A stretch of 64,000 nt of DNA, taken from the sequence record KY555144.1; one strand, written 5' to 3'. Below are positions 45,298-54,517 of this stretch, one piece after another (position 1 is the stretch's first letter; every line of letters starts with the position of its first letter). The notes under the pieces were generated by a model. That model was not told the DNA's origin. It did no database searches and saw nothing but the letters and a program-made list of their open reading frames with translations. The translations under genes were made by a program, and so were the position numbers.

Positions 45298-45650
45298 AGC
45301 GCCGGATGATCATGGACCTTGACGGGATCACCCTGGCCGAGGCCGCCTGCCTCGCGGCCCTGATCCACGGCACGCGGCTGAAGTTCGTCGACCGCGCGCC
45401 CGACGGCTATTATCGGGTTGTGGCCATGGTGACGCGCGACCTGACGCACCAGAAGCCCGACGGGCGGGTGCGGCTCAAATGCTACGAGCGCAAGTTCTCC
45501 CGCCCGACCATCGACAAGCTCGTGGCGCGCAGGGCGCTCCAGATCGTCCAGATGGACGAGCAGGGTCGCGTCCAGATCGCCGCCTCGGCCGAGATGGTCC
45601 ACGCCTGCATGGCGCTGCACGGGATCAGACTGAAGAGGCCCGGCGGATGA
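45294..45650 (+). CDS. hypothetical protein (wHTH-like paralog family)
   Basis: GTGA overlap; RKFSRPTIDKLVARRAL..MDEQG. Confidence 0.75.
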   Translation: MKRRMIMDLDGITLAEAACLAALIHGTRLKFVDRAPDGYYRVVAMVTRDLTHQKPDGRVRLKCYERKFSRPTIDKLVARRALQIVQMDEQGRVQIAASAEMVHACMALHGIRLKRPGG

Positions 45651-45976
45651 AGACGCGCCGCGTCACCCGGCGACAAGCCGAGGCCAGGGCCGCCTATCGC
45701 GTCGCCGACGCGGTCGGCTATCTGGGACCGTGTCGGCTCCTGGTCGAGAAGGTTCACGGCGGCTGGGTCCTGGTCGATCGCCTGGAGGGCTCCTACGCCC
45801 GCCGCGAACCGCAGGACTTCATGACCGTCACGACCGAGGACCTTACGGAGGCCACGCGCTGGACCTGGAGGGCGATCGCCGAGGCCTGCGCCCAGTGCCG
45901 CCTCACGCTCCAGGCCATCGCCTGGGATCACCTGCTGCGCCCGGTCCAGTACAGCCTCAACAAGGAGCCCCTGTGA
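45647..45976 (+). CDS. hypothetical protein
   Basis: ATGA overlap. Confidence 0.7.
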   Translation: MKTRRVTRRQAEARAAYRVADAVGYLGPCRLLVEKVHGGWVLVDRLEGSYARREPQDFMTVTTEDLTEATRWTWRAIAEACAQCRLTLQAIAWDHLLRPVQYSLNKEPL

Positions 45977-46305
45977 GCGCCGCCTTCCGCGTCAAGCGCA
46001 TCCTCGACTATGTCGAGGCCCTGCGGGTCACCGGAGACGGGCGCCCCGCGACCATCCATGTCGACCACCTGCGGGGCGACGTCTACCGCCTGCGGGTGAT
46101 CGAGGCCAACGGCGAGACGTCCTATGGCTTCTACTCGCCGCGCCACTACTCGGCCGACCTCATCCCCGCCGCGCGCGGCGTCTTCTCGCGCTTCCGCCTG
46201 GGCTCGATCCGCGACGGCGTCATGCTCTGGCGCGAGGACGCGGACCTGGAGTCGATCTCCTGCGACCACCGCCAGCGGCCGATCGACTTCGTCGTCCGCG
46301 CCTGA
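45973..46305 (+). CDS. hypothetical protein
   Basis: AAGGAG RBS, GTGA overlap. Confidence 0.75.
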   Translation: MSAAFRVKRILDYVEALRVTGDGRPATIHVDHLRGDVYRLRVIEANGETSYGFYSPRHYSADLIPAARGVFSRFRLGSIRDGVMLWREDADLESISCDHRQRPIDFVVRA

Positions 46306-46336
46306 GCTACGTCGCGAACCGCGACCGTCATGACGC

Positions 46337-46363
46337 TTGACGTCAGGGCGGAGCCCCTCTAGG
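46337..46363 (+). promoter_or_regulatory. sigma70-type promoter with long 5' leader
   Basis: TTGACG-N14-CTCTAGG, about 165 bp before ATG 46530. Confidence 0.6.
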
Positions 46364-46529
46364 TTCTCTTAACTATCTTCCGTTAACGATTCCCATGAGA
46401 GGAATTCAGGTCTAGGGCGCCGCTGACCCGGCTCCCCGGCCCGCGTTCCCCCAGACCCTGAAAGGGTATCGCCCGTGGGCGCCGTAGGCGGAGCAGAAAA
46501 TTTTCTGGATAACAGAAAAGGAAGAGAAC

Positions 46530-47660
46530 ATGCCCCGCTACGAGGTCGTCGACAAATACGTCAACGGCAAGCGCCTGACCCAGGCCAAGTTCCGTCGCCT
46601 GATCGTCGACACGGTCGCCAAGGTCAACGCCCTCTATCCCGACAGCGAAGGCGCGCGCGCCCGGCAGGTGGCCGAAGCGCTCTGCGATCCGTCGTGGCTG
46701 GAAGCCGACAACCTCCAGGTCATCGCCCAGACCCTGGTGAACCTGCGGAGCCAGAAGTTCCTCCACTCGCCGGCGCGCGGGGCCTATGTCGTGAACAAGA
46801 CCCGCACCGACATGGGGACCGACGTGCCCGCCCAGTTCGAGCGGATGTTCCACGACGTCCTGATCGAGCAGGGGGGCTTTGCCCAGACCAAGACCCTGCT
46901 GGCGGCCGTCGCCGTCGAGAAGGGGACCTACAGCGAGCGCGCCGCCCAACGCGTCCTCTCGTCGAGCGAGCTTTGCCAGCCGCACTACAAGGGCTCGATC
47001 TGGGCGCTGCGCAACCTCCCGCCTGAGGAACTCGCCAAAATCCCCATGCTCGGCCGCTGGGTCAAGCTGCGCCTGCTCTACGCCTATCGGATGATCATGA
47101 GCAGCAAGACCCTGGCGGATGTCGACGACATGGCCCAGGCCGAGGCCAACCGTCACTTCAAGCGGGTCGGGAAGCTGTTCCGCCACGTGCTCGACATGAC
47201 CGGCGCGGACCTGATCGACGAGATGGACCACCAGCCCCTCCTCGAAGAGGCTCTCGCCGAAATGCTCGAAAAGCATCCCGACGGGGGCAAGCTGCGGACC
47301 GACGCGGCCGATCCCTACGAGCCCTGGGGTAAGGAATTCGCCCGGCTCAAGGACAAGGGCCGCAGCGACGAGCAGATCGAGGCGGCCCGCCGCCGCGCCG
47401 TCGCCGATCAGATTTTCACCATCTTCGATTGGTTCTGCGACGGCGACCCCGACACCCACATCGTCGCCCCGCTCCAGTTCTACACCGCCTTCGCCGACTG
47501 GGCCGGGCTGGACGCCGCGCAACTCAGCCGGGGGATCATGGAGTGGAACCTCCAGGAAACCGCCTGGATGAAGAACCGCAACGACAAGGCGGCGGCGATC
47601 TGGGAGGCCTTCCCCGAATACGCCGATTTGGCCGGCTCGCGGGAGGAGGAGGTGGCCTGA
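46530..47660 (+). CDS. 376-aa putative multi-HTH DNA-binding protein
   Basis: two wHTH-like segments (ARARQVAEAL..TLVNLRSQKFL..RGAYVV; TKTLLAAV..VLSSSEL..GSIWAL) and TAFADWAGLDAAQLSRG; domain call is inference. Confidence 0.8.
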   Translation: MPRYEVVDKYVNGKRLTQAKFRRLIVDTVAKVNALYPDSEGARARQVAEALCDPSWLEADNLQVIAQTLVNLRSQKFLHSPARGAYVVNKTRTDMGTDVPAQFERMFHDVLIEQGGFAQTKTLLAAVAVEKGTYSERAAQRVLSSSELCQPHYKGSIWALRNLPPEELAKIPMLGRWVKLRLLYAYRMIMSSKTLADVDDMAQAEANRHFKRVGKLFRHVLDMTGADLIDEMDHQPLLEEALAEMLEKHPDGGKLRTDAADPYEPWGKEFARLKDKGRSDEQIEAARRRAVADQIFTIFDWFCDGDPDTHIVAPLQFYTAFADWAGLDAAQLSRGIMEWNLQETAWMKNRNDKAAAIWEAFPEYADLAGSREEEVA

Positions 47661-47689
47661 AAGGCTGGCCGCCCCACCTCAATCCATAG

Positions 47690-47935
47690 CTCATACAATG
47701 CTATTCTATAGGAGAGGCATGTTAATGTGCCTATACACCCCACCCCTCAATCCACCCCTGTTTCTTAGGCCATACAATGCTACTTGATAATATACTGATG
47801 TTAATATCATCCACATTAACATCAGTATCTTTATATATAGCATTTTTTCCTACTACTTGGGGGGTATAGAGGGGATATAGAGGATAGAGGGATGAAAGGT
47901 TTGGGAGAGTTTTAGGAGAATAGGCCGGCTCGTTC
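47690..47935. other. AT-rich intergenic block, candidate replication origin / unwinding element
   Basis: sharp GC drop; CATACAATGCTA x2; 13-bp perfect inverted repeat 47793-47827. Confidence 0.45.
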
Positions 47936-48216
47936 AAATCTGCCCGCAGGGGCTCCCGAAATCGCCGCCGAGCAAATCCCGAGCAAATCCTGGACGCCTC
48001 GCCTGAGGGGATCGACACGGTATGCAGGACCCGGAGGGAGAGCGGAGCGTGTCCAGGCCGTGTCGGCGGTGGTCCGGGCGACCACCCTGGCGAGAGACCC
48101 GTCGACCACCCACCCGTCGACCACCCTGCCGAGAAAAGACCCGTCATCCAACACGGCGTCCAGGTCCCGGAGGGCAAGAGCCCGATAGGGCGGGTTCGGG
48201 CCGTGTCGGCGGGGAG

Positions 48217-48244
48217 TTGACAGTCGTCGATCACGACGCTAGAC
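48217..48244 (+). promoter_or_regulatory. sigma70-type promoter for the resolvase/terminase operon
   Basis: TTGACA-N15-GCTAGAC; second TTGACA at 48255. Confidence 0.65.
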
Positions 48245-48328
48245 GTCGTGAATCTTGACATACGCCCGTCTGCATGAGAGACGTGGTTAACGAGATGGGC
48301 TGCTCCCAAGGCCCCTCGGGAGCCGCCT

Positions 48329-49033
48329 ATGCCGACCACCCTCCGCTCGACCTCGCCGTCCGATCCGCGCCCCACCGCCATCGACCCTGACGTCCTGGCC
48401 CTGGCGATCGGCAAGGTCCTGCCCGACATCCTGGGCTGGGCGCGTCTGCGTCAGCCGGGCTTTGGCGAGGCCGATGTCCGTCATGCGGTGGTCGAGGCGC
48501 TGCACATCGCCGGCCTGGACGCCTTCCGCCTCGGCGTGGTCCTGGCCTCGAAGTTCAACTGGTCGGTCGACTACAGCCTCGTGCGCCTGCTCGACAGCGT
48601 CATCGAGGCCCTGCCGACCGCCTACCGGGCGGTGACCGGCCGCTGGGTCGCCCGCACCGGCATCCGCTTTCCGGCCAAGGAAGGCGACACCATCGAGTTC
48701 TTCGACGCGTCCGGTCGTCGCCGCGTCGGCAAGGTGGTCGGGGTCTCGGGCCTGACCGCCACGGCCTATGTCCAGCCCGCCGTCGGCACCGAGTTCACCG
48801 ACCCGCCGATCGAGATCGCCGCCGAGGCGGTCGCCGCCAACGTCACCCAGAAGCGCTACCAGCCCGAGCACCCGATCCTGGGCGCACACTACGATGACGC
48901 CCCGGCGCTGGGGGCTCTGGCCGAGGCCGAACGCGCCCGCCGCACTGACGCGGCGGCTTCGCCGAGAACGCCGGCGCCCCACCCGCACCTGACCGACTTC
49001 CGCCCGGACCCTGACGGGCCGGCCATCGCCTGA
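48329..49033 (+). CDS. hypothetical protein
   Basis: GGGAG RBS. Confidence 0.8.
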   Translation: MPTTLRSTSPSDPRPTAIDPDVLALAIGKVLPDILGWARLRQPGFGEADVRHAVVEALHIAGLDAFRLGVVLASKFNWSVDYSLVRLLDSVIEALPTAYRAVTGRWVARTGIRFPAKEGDTIEFFDASGRRRVGKVVGVSGLTATAYVQPAVGTEFTDPPIEIAAEAVAANVTQKRYQPEHPILGAHYDDAPALGALAEAERARRTDAAASPRTPAPHPHLTDFRPDPDGPAIA

Positions 49034-49042
49034 GACCCTTCC

Positions 49043-49216
49043 ATGAGCCTTTCTTTCAACGACGATCCCGAGCAATGCGTGCGTGACGCGCTGGACCTCG
49101 ACCTGGACGAGGTGGCGGTGGTCTGCCGCGACGCCTCGGGCGAGGTCTATGTCCTGGCCTCCACCAAGGGCCGGCGCCTGGAACGCCTGCTCGCCGATGG
49201 GGTCGACCTGACGTGA
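49043..49216 (+). CDS. 57-aa hypothetical protein (below ORF-track cutoff)
   Basis: MSLSFNDDPEQCVRDALDL...; stop overlaps the resolvase GTG. Confidence 0.65.
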   Translation: MSLSFNDDPEQCVRDALDLDLDEVAVVCRDASGEVYVLASTKGRRLERLLADGVDLT

Positions 49217-49728
49217 AGATCATCGGCGTCGATCCGGGCATCGCCGGCGGCGTCGTGCTGCTGGACACCAAGGCCTGCACCCTGGCGGTTCACGACATGC
49301 CGACCGAGCCCTCGACCAAGGGCCGGCGGCTGGCGTCCTCGGCCCTGCTCACCGTCTTCCTGCACGACGTCGCCCCCGATCACATCTTCCTCGAAGAGGT
49401 CGGGGTCCGGCCCGGCGAGGGCGCGGTCGGGGCCTTTTCGTTCGGGCGCGGCATGGGACGCCTGGAGGGCGTGGCGGCCGGCACCCGCACCCCGCTGACC
49501 ATGGTCACGCCCCAGGAATGGAAGCGCGTCACCAAGACCCCGGCCGACAAGAAGCGCGCCATCGCCCGCGCCTACCAACTCTTCCCCCGCTGCGTGAAGC
49601 TCTTCCAGGGGCCGCGCGGCGGTGAAAAGGACGGGCGCGCCGAAGCCGCCCTGATCGCCTTCTACGGGGCGATGAAGCTCGGCGCCGTCCCCTCCTCTCC
49701 CATCGACCCGGCGGAGTTTCCGGCTTGA
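49213..49728 (+). CDS. ruvC: RuvC-like Holliday junction resolvase
   Basis: IIGVDPG, FLEEV, FSFG, PQEWK and DGRAEAALIA motifs. Confidence 0.88.
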   Translation: MKIIGVDPGIAGGVVLLDTKACTLAVHDMPTEPSTKGRRLASSALLTVFLHDVAPDHIFLEEVGVRPGEGAVGAFSFGRGMGRLEGVAAGTRTPLTMVTPQEWKRVTKTPADKKRAIARAYQLFPRCVKLFQGPRGGEKDGRAEAALIAFYGAMKLGAVPSSPIDPAEFPA

Positions 49729-50360
49729 CCCAGCCCCAGTACCTGACGCGCCAAGCGCTTTTCCGCCGCCGCCAGCGCGGCGACATTTGGCCCGTCCATG
49801 ACGAGATGGATTACGCCGCCAGCGCCTCCACCGTCGTCGACGATCCGCGCGAGCCTAACATCGTCCCGACCGGGGTGCTCGACGCGGCCGGCGAGATGCT
49901 GCTGAAGGTCCACATGCCGATCAAGGTCCCGCTGGGCTTCGCCATCCCGCCGGTCGATCGCGACGACGCCGACGAGGTGGTCTCCTACGTCCCCGAGAGC
50001 CAGTTGATCGTTTCCGACATCGGCCTGGGTCGCGGCTATGTCACCCCCGAGGAAGCCGACGCCGGCGAGATCGACGGCCATGAGGCCCACGAGGAACACC
50101 CCGGTCAGGCCTCGATCCGCATCCCCGCCACCAAGGCGGTGATCGCCGCCCACGGGGCCATGGGCGAGGCGGCCGAACGGGTCGCCGATCAGGTCACCGC
50201 CCTGCATGTCGATCTCACCCCCGAGGGGATCATCGTGCTGCGCGGCCTGATCGCCGCCCAGGGCGAGGCGCTGATCGCCTTCCTCCAGGCGGCCCACGCC
50301 GCGCGGGCCGAGGGTGGCGAAGACGACGAGGACGAGGACGATGGCCCCGAAGAAGCCTGA
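49725..50360 (+). CDS. hypothetical acidic protein
   Basis: GGAG RBS, TTGA overlap. Confidence 0.75.
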   Translation: MTQPQYLTRQALFRRRQRGDIWPVHDEMDYAASASTVVDDPREPNIVPTGVLDAAGEMLLKVHMPIKVPLGFAIPPVDRDDADEVVSYVPESQLIVSDIGLGRGYVTPEEADAGEIDGHEAHEEHPGQASIRIPATKAVIAAHGAMGEAAERVADQVTALHVDLTPEGIIVLRGLIAAQGEALIAFLQAAHAARAEGGEDDEDEDDGPEEA

Positions 50361-50646
50361 CCTCTCGACCCGGTCGGGCGCGGCCCGCCATAGCGCCGAG
50401 CGCGACAGAGCCCTCGACGCGGCGGTCTGCGCCTTCCACGAGGCGGTGCGGATGTACACGGGCCTGACCGCCCAGGCCAACCTCAACAAGGTCCGCCCGG
50501 CCATCGTCGAGGAGTACCGCTTCGGGGCGATCGCCGCCTTCGAAGCCCTGCTCGACAACATGAAGACCGCCTCCGACGCCCTGGTGATCCTCAACGCCGT
50601 GCGCGGGGCCTCCCCGCCCGACAAGCCCAAACGCACCGAGCTTTAA
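50341..50646 (+). CDS. hypothetical protein
   Basis: GAGGA RBS, ATG 50341. Confidence 0.7.
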   Translation: MAPKKPDLSTRSGAARHSAERDRALDAAVCAFHEAVRMYTGLTAQANLNKVRPAIVEEYRFGAIAAFEALLDNMKTASDALVILNAVRGASPPDKPKRTEL

Positions 50647-50650
50647 GACC

Positions 50651-51526
50651 ATGCCGCGCCTTGCCAACGACCGCCACGAGCTATACGCCCTGATGCGGGC
50701 CAAGGGCATGAAGCCCCAGGCCGCCGCCCAGGCCGCCGGCTTCGTGGCCGGCTCGTCGATCTACGCCGAACTGGAGAAGGACCCCGAGGTCCAGGCGCGC
50801 GCCCAGGAACTGCTCGACGAGAACAACCTCAAGCGCGAGCAGATGCGCACCGCCGCCACCGAGGCGGCCAAGGTCGTCGGTCAGGTCTCGGGCCTGTCCA
50901 AGGCCTGGGTGCTCCAGAAGCTGGCCGAGAACGCCCAGATGGCGGCCCAGGACGGTGACTACAAGGAGAGCAACGCCGCCCTCAAGCTGATCGGCGACGA
51001 GTTTGGCATGTTCAGCGGCGCCTCCTCGGAAGGCACCGAGGGCCAGAACGGCGAGCGCACTTACGACCTCGACGCGATGAGCGCCCTGCTGGTCAAGGGA
51101 ACCGCCACGATCCCGGTCGCGCCGCCTAAGGTCGACCCGTCCGCCGCCTTCGACCTGATCGCCGGCAACGGGGCCGCCGCCCGCCGCGCCCGCGAGAGCC
51201 GGGCCTTCTCCGACGGCGAGGAAAGCGACGCGGTGTTCTCCGAGGACGCCGATATCGACGCGGTCATGGACGGGTCCTGGAGCGGCCCCAGCCCCGAGGA
51301 TTTCCTGGCGGCCGAAAATTCGTCCCAGGAGGCCTCTGAAGCCGCCGACCAACCCGAGCCCCCGGCCGACCCCGTTCCGGCCGCTGGCGACCCCTCCGAG
51401 CCCGAGGGGACCTGGGAGCAGATCGACCCCAAGACCTCGCCCGAAGCGATCATGGCGCGCATCCAAGCCGCCGGCCAATCCCCGACTTCCAGCGATGACC
51501 GGCCCAAGCGCCGCTCCTCGCGCTGA
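50651..51526 (+). CDS. terS: probable terminase small subunit
   Basis: immediately upstream of terL; N-terminal HTH-like (QAAAQAAGF), central helical part, acidic low-complexity tail. Confidence 0.6.
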   Translation: MPRLANDRHELYALMRAKGMKPQAAAQAAGFVAGSSIYAELEKDPEVQARAQELLDENNLKREQMRTAATEAAKVVGQVSGLSKAWVLQKLAENAQMAAQDGDYKESNAALKLIGDEFGMFSGASSEGTEGQNGERTYDLDAMSALLVKGTATIPVAPPKVDPSAAFDLIAGNGAAARRARESRAFSDGEESDAVFSEDADIDAVMDGSWSGPSPEDFLAAENSSQEASEAADQPEPPADPVPAAGDPSEPEGTWEQIDPKTSPEAIMARIQAAGQSPTSSDDRPKRRSSR

Positions 51527-51538
51527 CCCTAGAACGCC

Positions 51539-54271
51539 GTGAGCTACTATCCGATCGAGGACCGCGCCAAGGCCCGGTCCGTCGTCAAGAACCTGCTGGA
51601 CCTTCAGCGCGAGGCGGTCAAGGCCTCGCGCGGCGGCCTGATCCTGCCGCCCGACCAGAAGGCGATCATCACCCAGGTCACCGAGACCGAGGACCCGGCC
51701 CGCTGGGTCGATCTGCTGGGTCAGTTCGCCGATCGCGTCCAGACCGATCACCTCGCCCGGCTCAAGCCCCTGGCCAAGCACGACTTCAACGCCTTCTGCG
51801 AATACGTCAATCCCGAGGAGGCCCCGGCCTCCAAGTGGCACGTCTACCTGACCTCGCTCCTCCAGGAGATCGAGAACAACCACGAGCTTGAGCGCTTCGT
51901 GCTCAACTGCCCGCCCGGTCACGCCAAGCCGCTCGACGTTGATACCGAGGTCCTGATGGCCGACGGGTCCTGGAAGCGTCTGGGCGACATCACCGTGGGC
52001 GAGTACGTGGTCGGCGAGAGCGGCGCGCGCTGCAAGGTCACCGCCGTCCATGAGCAGGGCGATCTCGCCACCCTGAAGATCACCACCGCCCACGGCCGCC
52101 AGATCATCGCCGCCCCCGATCACGCCTTCCGGGTCGGCGCCACCTGGAAGGAGGCGGGCAAGCTGCGGCCGGGCGACGCGCTGTCCGTGGTCGGCGCCGC
52201 CAACCTCAACTACGACGCCAGCGGCAAGACCATCGACCACTTCGAGCTTGCCGCCTACCTCCAGGCCAAGGGCGGACGCTCCTACTTCCATCGCGTCCAC
52301 AAGAGCGGGCCGAAGACCTACCGCAACGTCTTCCTGTGGACCTCCGACCACCGCGAGGCCAGCAAGATCAGCGCCTGCCTCAAGCGCCTGGGGATCGCCT
52401 TCAAGGGGCGCCTCGCCAAGCACGAGCAGGTCTGGAAGATGCGGCTCGCCACCGAATGGGGCGACGCCCTGGCCGAGGAGTACGGCCTGGACGCGCGGAT
52501 CGACGCGCGCCGGGTTCCGGCCTTTGTCACGAAAGGCGACGAGGAGCAGATCGCCCGCTACCTGTCGACCTACACCTCTCTGGCCGGCGAGGCGCCTGAC
52601 CGCTACACCATCGCGCGCATCATCCTCTACTTCAAGAACCCGGCCTTCGCCCGCGACATCCAGCGCCTGTTCGCCGTGGTCGGCGTCAACGCCCGCATCG
52701 AGGGGCGCAAGACCGGCCGCACCCGGCTGATCCTGTCGGGGCCTGACCTGGAGGCCTACTTCGCCGCCGGCCTGACCTACACCGGTCCCAACGCCGACAA
52801 GCTCGATGACAAGCGCGCGGCCTTCCCGACCTCGCCCTCGCTGCTGGCCGACACCGTCACCTGGATCGAGCCGCACGGCGTGCGCCCCTGCCGCTGCCTG
52901 ACCGTCGAGGACGAGCACACCTTCATCGCCGAAGGGGTGGTGGTCCACAACTCGACCTACGCCTCGCGCCTGTTCGTGGCGTGGCGCCTGGGGCGCGATC
53001 CGCGCCAGAAGATCATCGGCGGGGGCCACTCCCAGCGCTTCGTCGAGAACGAGTTCTCCGGCAAGATTCGCAACCTCGTGCGCACCCCGCAATATCGCGA
53101 CGTCTTCCCCGACGTGGTCATCGACCACGCCACCTCGGCCAAGGACATGTGGGCGATCGCCGGGCACGGCGGGCAGTACGCCGCCAAGGGCGCCGGGCAG
53201 GCCATCCACGGTCTGCGCGCCCACTTCGTCTGCGTCGACGACCCCTACCGGTCGATCGAAGTGGCCGAGTCCGCGATCGAGCGCGAGAAGATCAAGACGT
53301 GGTTCTTCGGCGACGTTGGCTCGCGTTTGTTGCCACTCGCCAAAGTATTCCTCATCATGACGCGCTTCCATGAGGAAGATTTGACCGGGGAGATCATCAA
53401 ACTCAACCAAGAAGTTCTCACCGGCGCCGACCGTTATCACATCGTTGAAGCGCCCGCCCTGTGCTACGACCCCGAGAACGACGTCCTGGGCAGGGCTCTG
53501 GGCGAAGTTTTGTGGGACTACTATGACTTGCATTATTTCAAGCGCAAGCGGTCCGAGTGGAAGTACCAAAGATTTGCTTTGGTTTATCAACAACTTGCCG
53601 ACGCGGCCTCGGACACCTCCATCGCGTCCAAGTTTCAGACCTATGATCACCTGCCGCACCTGGAGCCGAAGGTGCTCAAGGCCCGGCTTGACGCGGGTCA
53701 CGCCGACGAGCGCGGGCGGCCGATTCCGGACCGCAAGGAGCACTTCCGGCGGGTGGTGGTCAGCGTCGACTCGGCCAACAAGCCCGGCGCCCGCAACGAC
53801 TACAGCGTGGCCCAGGTCTGGGGGGAGACCCACGCCCGCAAGCACTACCTGATCTACCAGGAGCGCAAGAAGGTCGACATCACCGGCCTGACCGAGATGA
53901 TCGAGCGGGTGGCCAAGCGCTACGAGGTCGACGCCATCCTGGTCGAAGACAAGGGCAACGGCACCGCCTACATCCAGGCGCGGGGCCAGACCGACAACCA
54001 GCGGCGGCTCGCCCCGGCCCCGATCGAGGCGATTCAGGTCCCGAGCACCTATTCCAAGGAGTTCCGCTTCAACGAGATCGTCCCGATGATCGAGGCCGGC
54101 GAGGTCTTCCTGCCGGGCAAGGCCCCGTGGCTCGACCTGCTGATCCGCGAAATCGGTCAGTTCCCCGAAGGCGCCCATGACGACCAAGTCGACGCCATGA
54201 CGCAGTACCTCCGCTGGGCCAAGTCCAAGCGCACGCGGTTCGGCGCGCGCAAGGTCGGCTCGATGGGCTGA
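51539..54271 (+). CDS. terL: terminase large subunit, intein-containing
   Basis: spliced P-loop NCPPGHAK/ST, Walker B FVCVDDP, MTRFHEEDL, nuclease SVDSA..NDYS, ILVEDKGNG, HDDQVDA. Confidence 0.95.
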   Translation: MSYYPIEDRAKARSVVKNLLDLQREAVKASRGGLILPPDQKAIITQVTETEDPARWVDLLGQFADRVQTDHLARLKPLAKHDFNAFCEYVNPEEAPASKWHVYLTSLLQEIENNHELERFVLNCPPGHAKPLDVDTEVLMADGSWKRLGDITVGEYVVGESGARCKVTAVHEQGDLATLKITTAHGRQIIAAPDHAFRVGATWKEAGKLRPGDALSVVGAANLNYDASGKTIDHFELAAYLQAKGGRSYFHRVHKSGPKTYRNVFLWTSDHREASKISACLKRLGIAFKGRLAKHEQVWKMRLATEWGDALAEEYGLDARIDARRVPAFVTKGDEEQIARYLSTYTSLAGEAPDRYTIARIILYFKNPAFARDIQRLFAVVGVNARIEGRKTGRTRLILSGPDLEAYFAAGLTYTGPNADKLDDKRAAFPTSPSLLADTVTWIEPHGVRPCRCLTVEDEHTFIAEGVVVHNSTYASRLFVAWRLGRDPRQKIIGGGHSQRFVENEFSGKIRNLVRTPQYRDVFPDVVIDHATSAKDMWAIAGHGGQYAAKGAGQAIHGLRAHFVCVDDPYRSIEVAESAIEREKIKTWFFGDVGSRLLPLAKVFLIMTRFHEEDLTGEIIKLNQEVLTGADRYHIVEAPALCYDPENDVLGRALGEVLWDYYDLHYFKRKRSEWKYQRFALVYQQLADAASDTSIASKFQTYDHLPHLEPKVLKARLDAGHADERGRPIPDRKEHFRRVVVSVDSANKPGARNDYSVAQVWGETHARKHYLIYQERKKVDITGLTEMIERVAKRYEVDAILVEDKGNGTAYIQARGQTDNQRRLAPAPIEAIQVPSTYSKEFRFNEIVPMIEAGEVFLPGKAPWLDLLIREIGQFPEGAHDDQVDAMTQYLRWAKSKRTRFGARKVGSMG
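51929..52951 (+). mobile_element. 341-aa intein (Pro1, block F Cys) with degenerate LAGLIDADG domain
   Basis: block A PLDVDTEVLMADG, block B APDHAF, block F PCRCLTV, block G VVVHN/S; inserted between K and S of the P-loop. Confidence 0.9.
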
Positions 54272-54343
54272 CGAGGCCCGTTAACCACGTTTGTTAACCT
54301 CCGTCGGGGCCTTAACCCTAACACGGCGAGGGTTAACAGGTCC

Positions 54344-54512
54344 AGGGACCCTTCGAAATTAACCTTTCGGGGACCCTGGGAAATCATAAGGCGGGGACCC
54401 TGGCCATTTTCCGGCTGGGGACCCTGGCAAATTCATCGCCGGGGACCCTCCGAAATTCATCCTCGGGGACCCTGGCGAATTAAAAGCCGGGGACCCTGGC
54501 GAATCATGGAGC
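54344..54512. repeat. 24-bp-period array, 7 copies of GGGACCCT core
   Basis: GGGGACCCT at 54369, 54393, 54417, 54441, 54465, 54489 and AGGGACCCT at 54344. Confidence 0.9.
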
Positions 54513-54517
54513 CGACG

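Noticed and set aside
50681-54187. 1168-aa minus-strand ORF
   Set aside because: Antisense shadow of terS/terL caused by high GC3 codon bias; no motifs
54344-54512. Mini-CRISPR interpretation of the 24-bp array
   Set aside because: Conserved core is only 9 bp and the 15-bp variable parts resemble each other; no cas genes or leader seen
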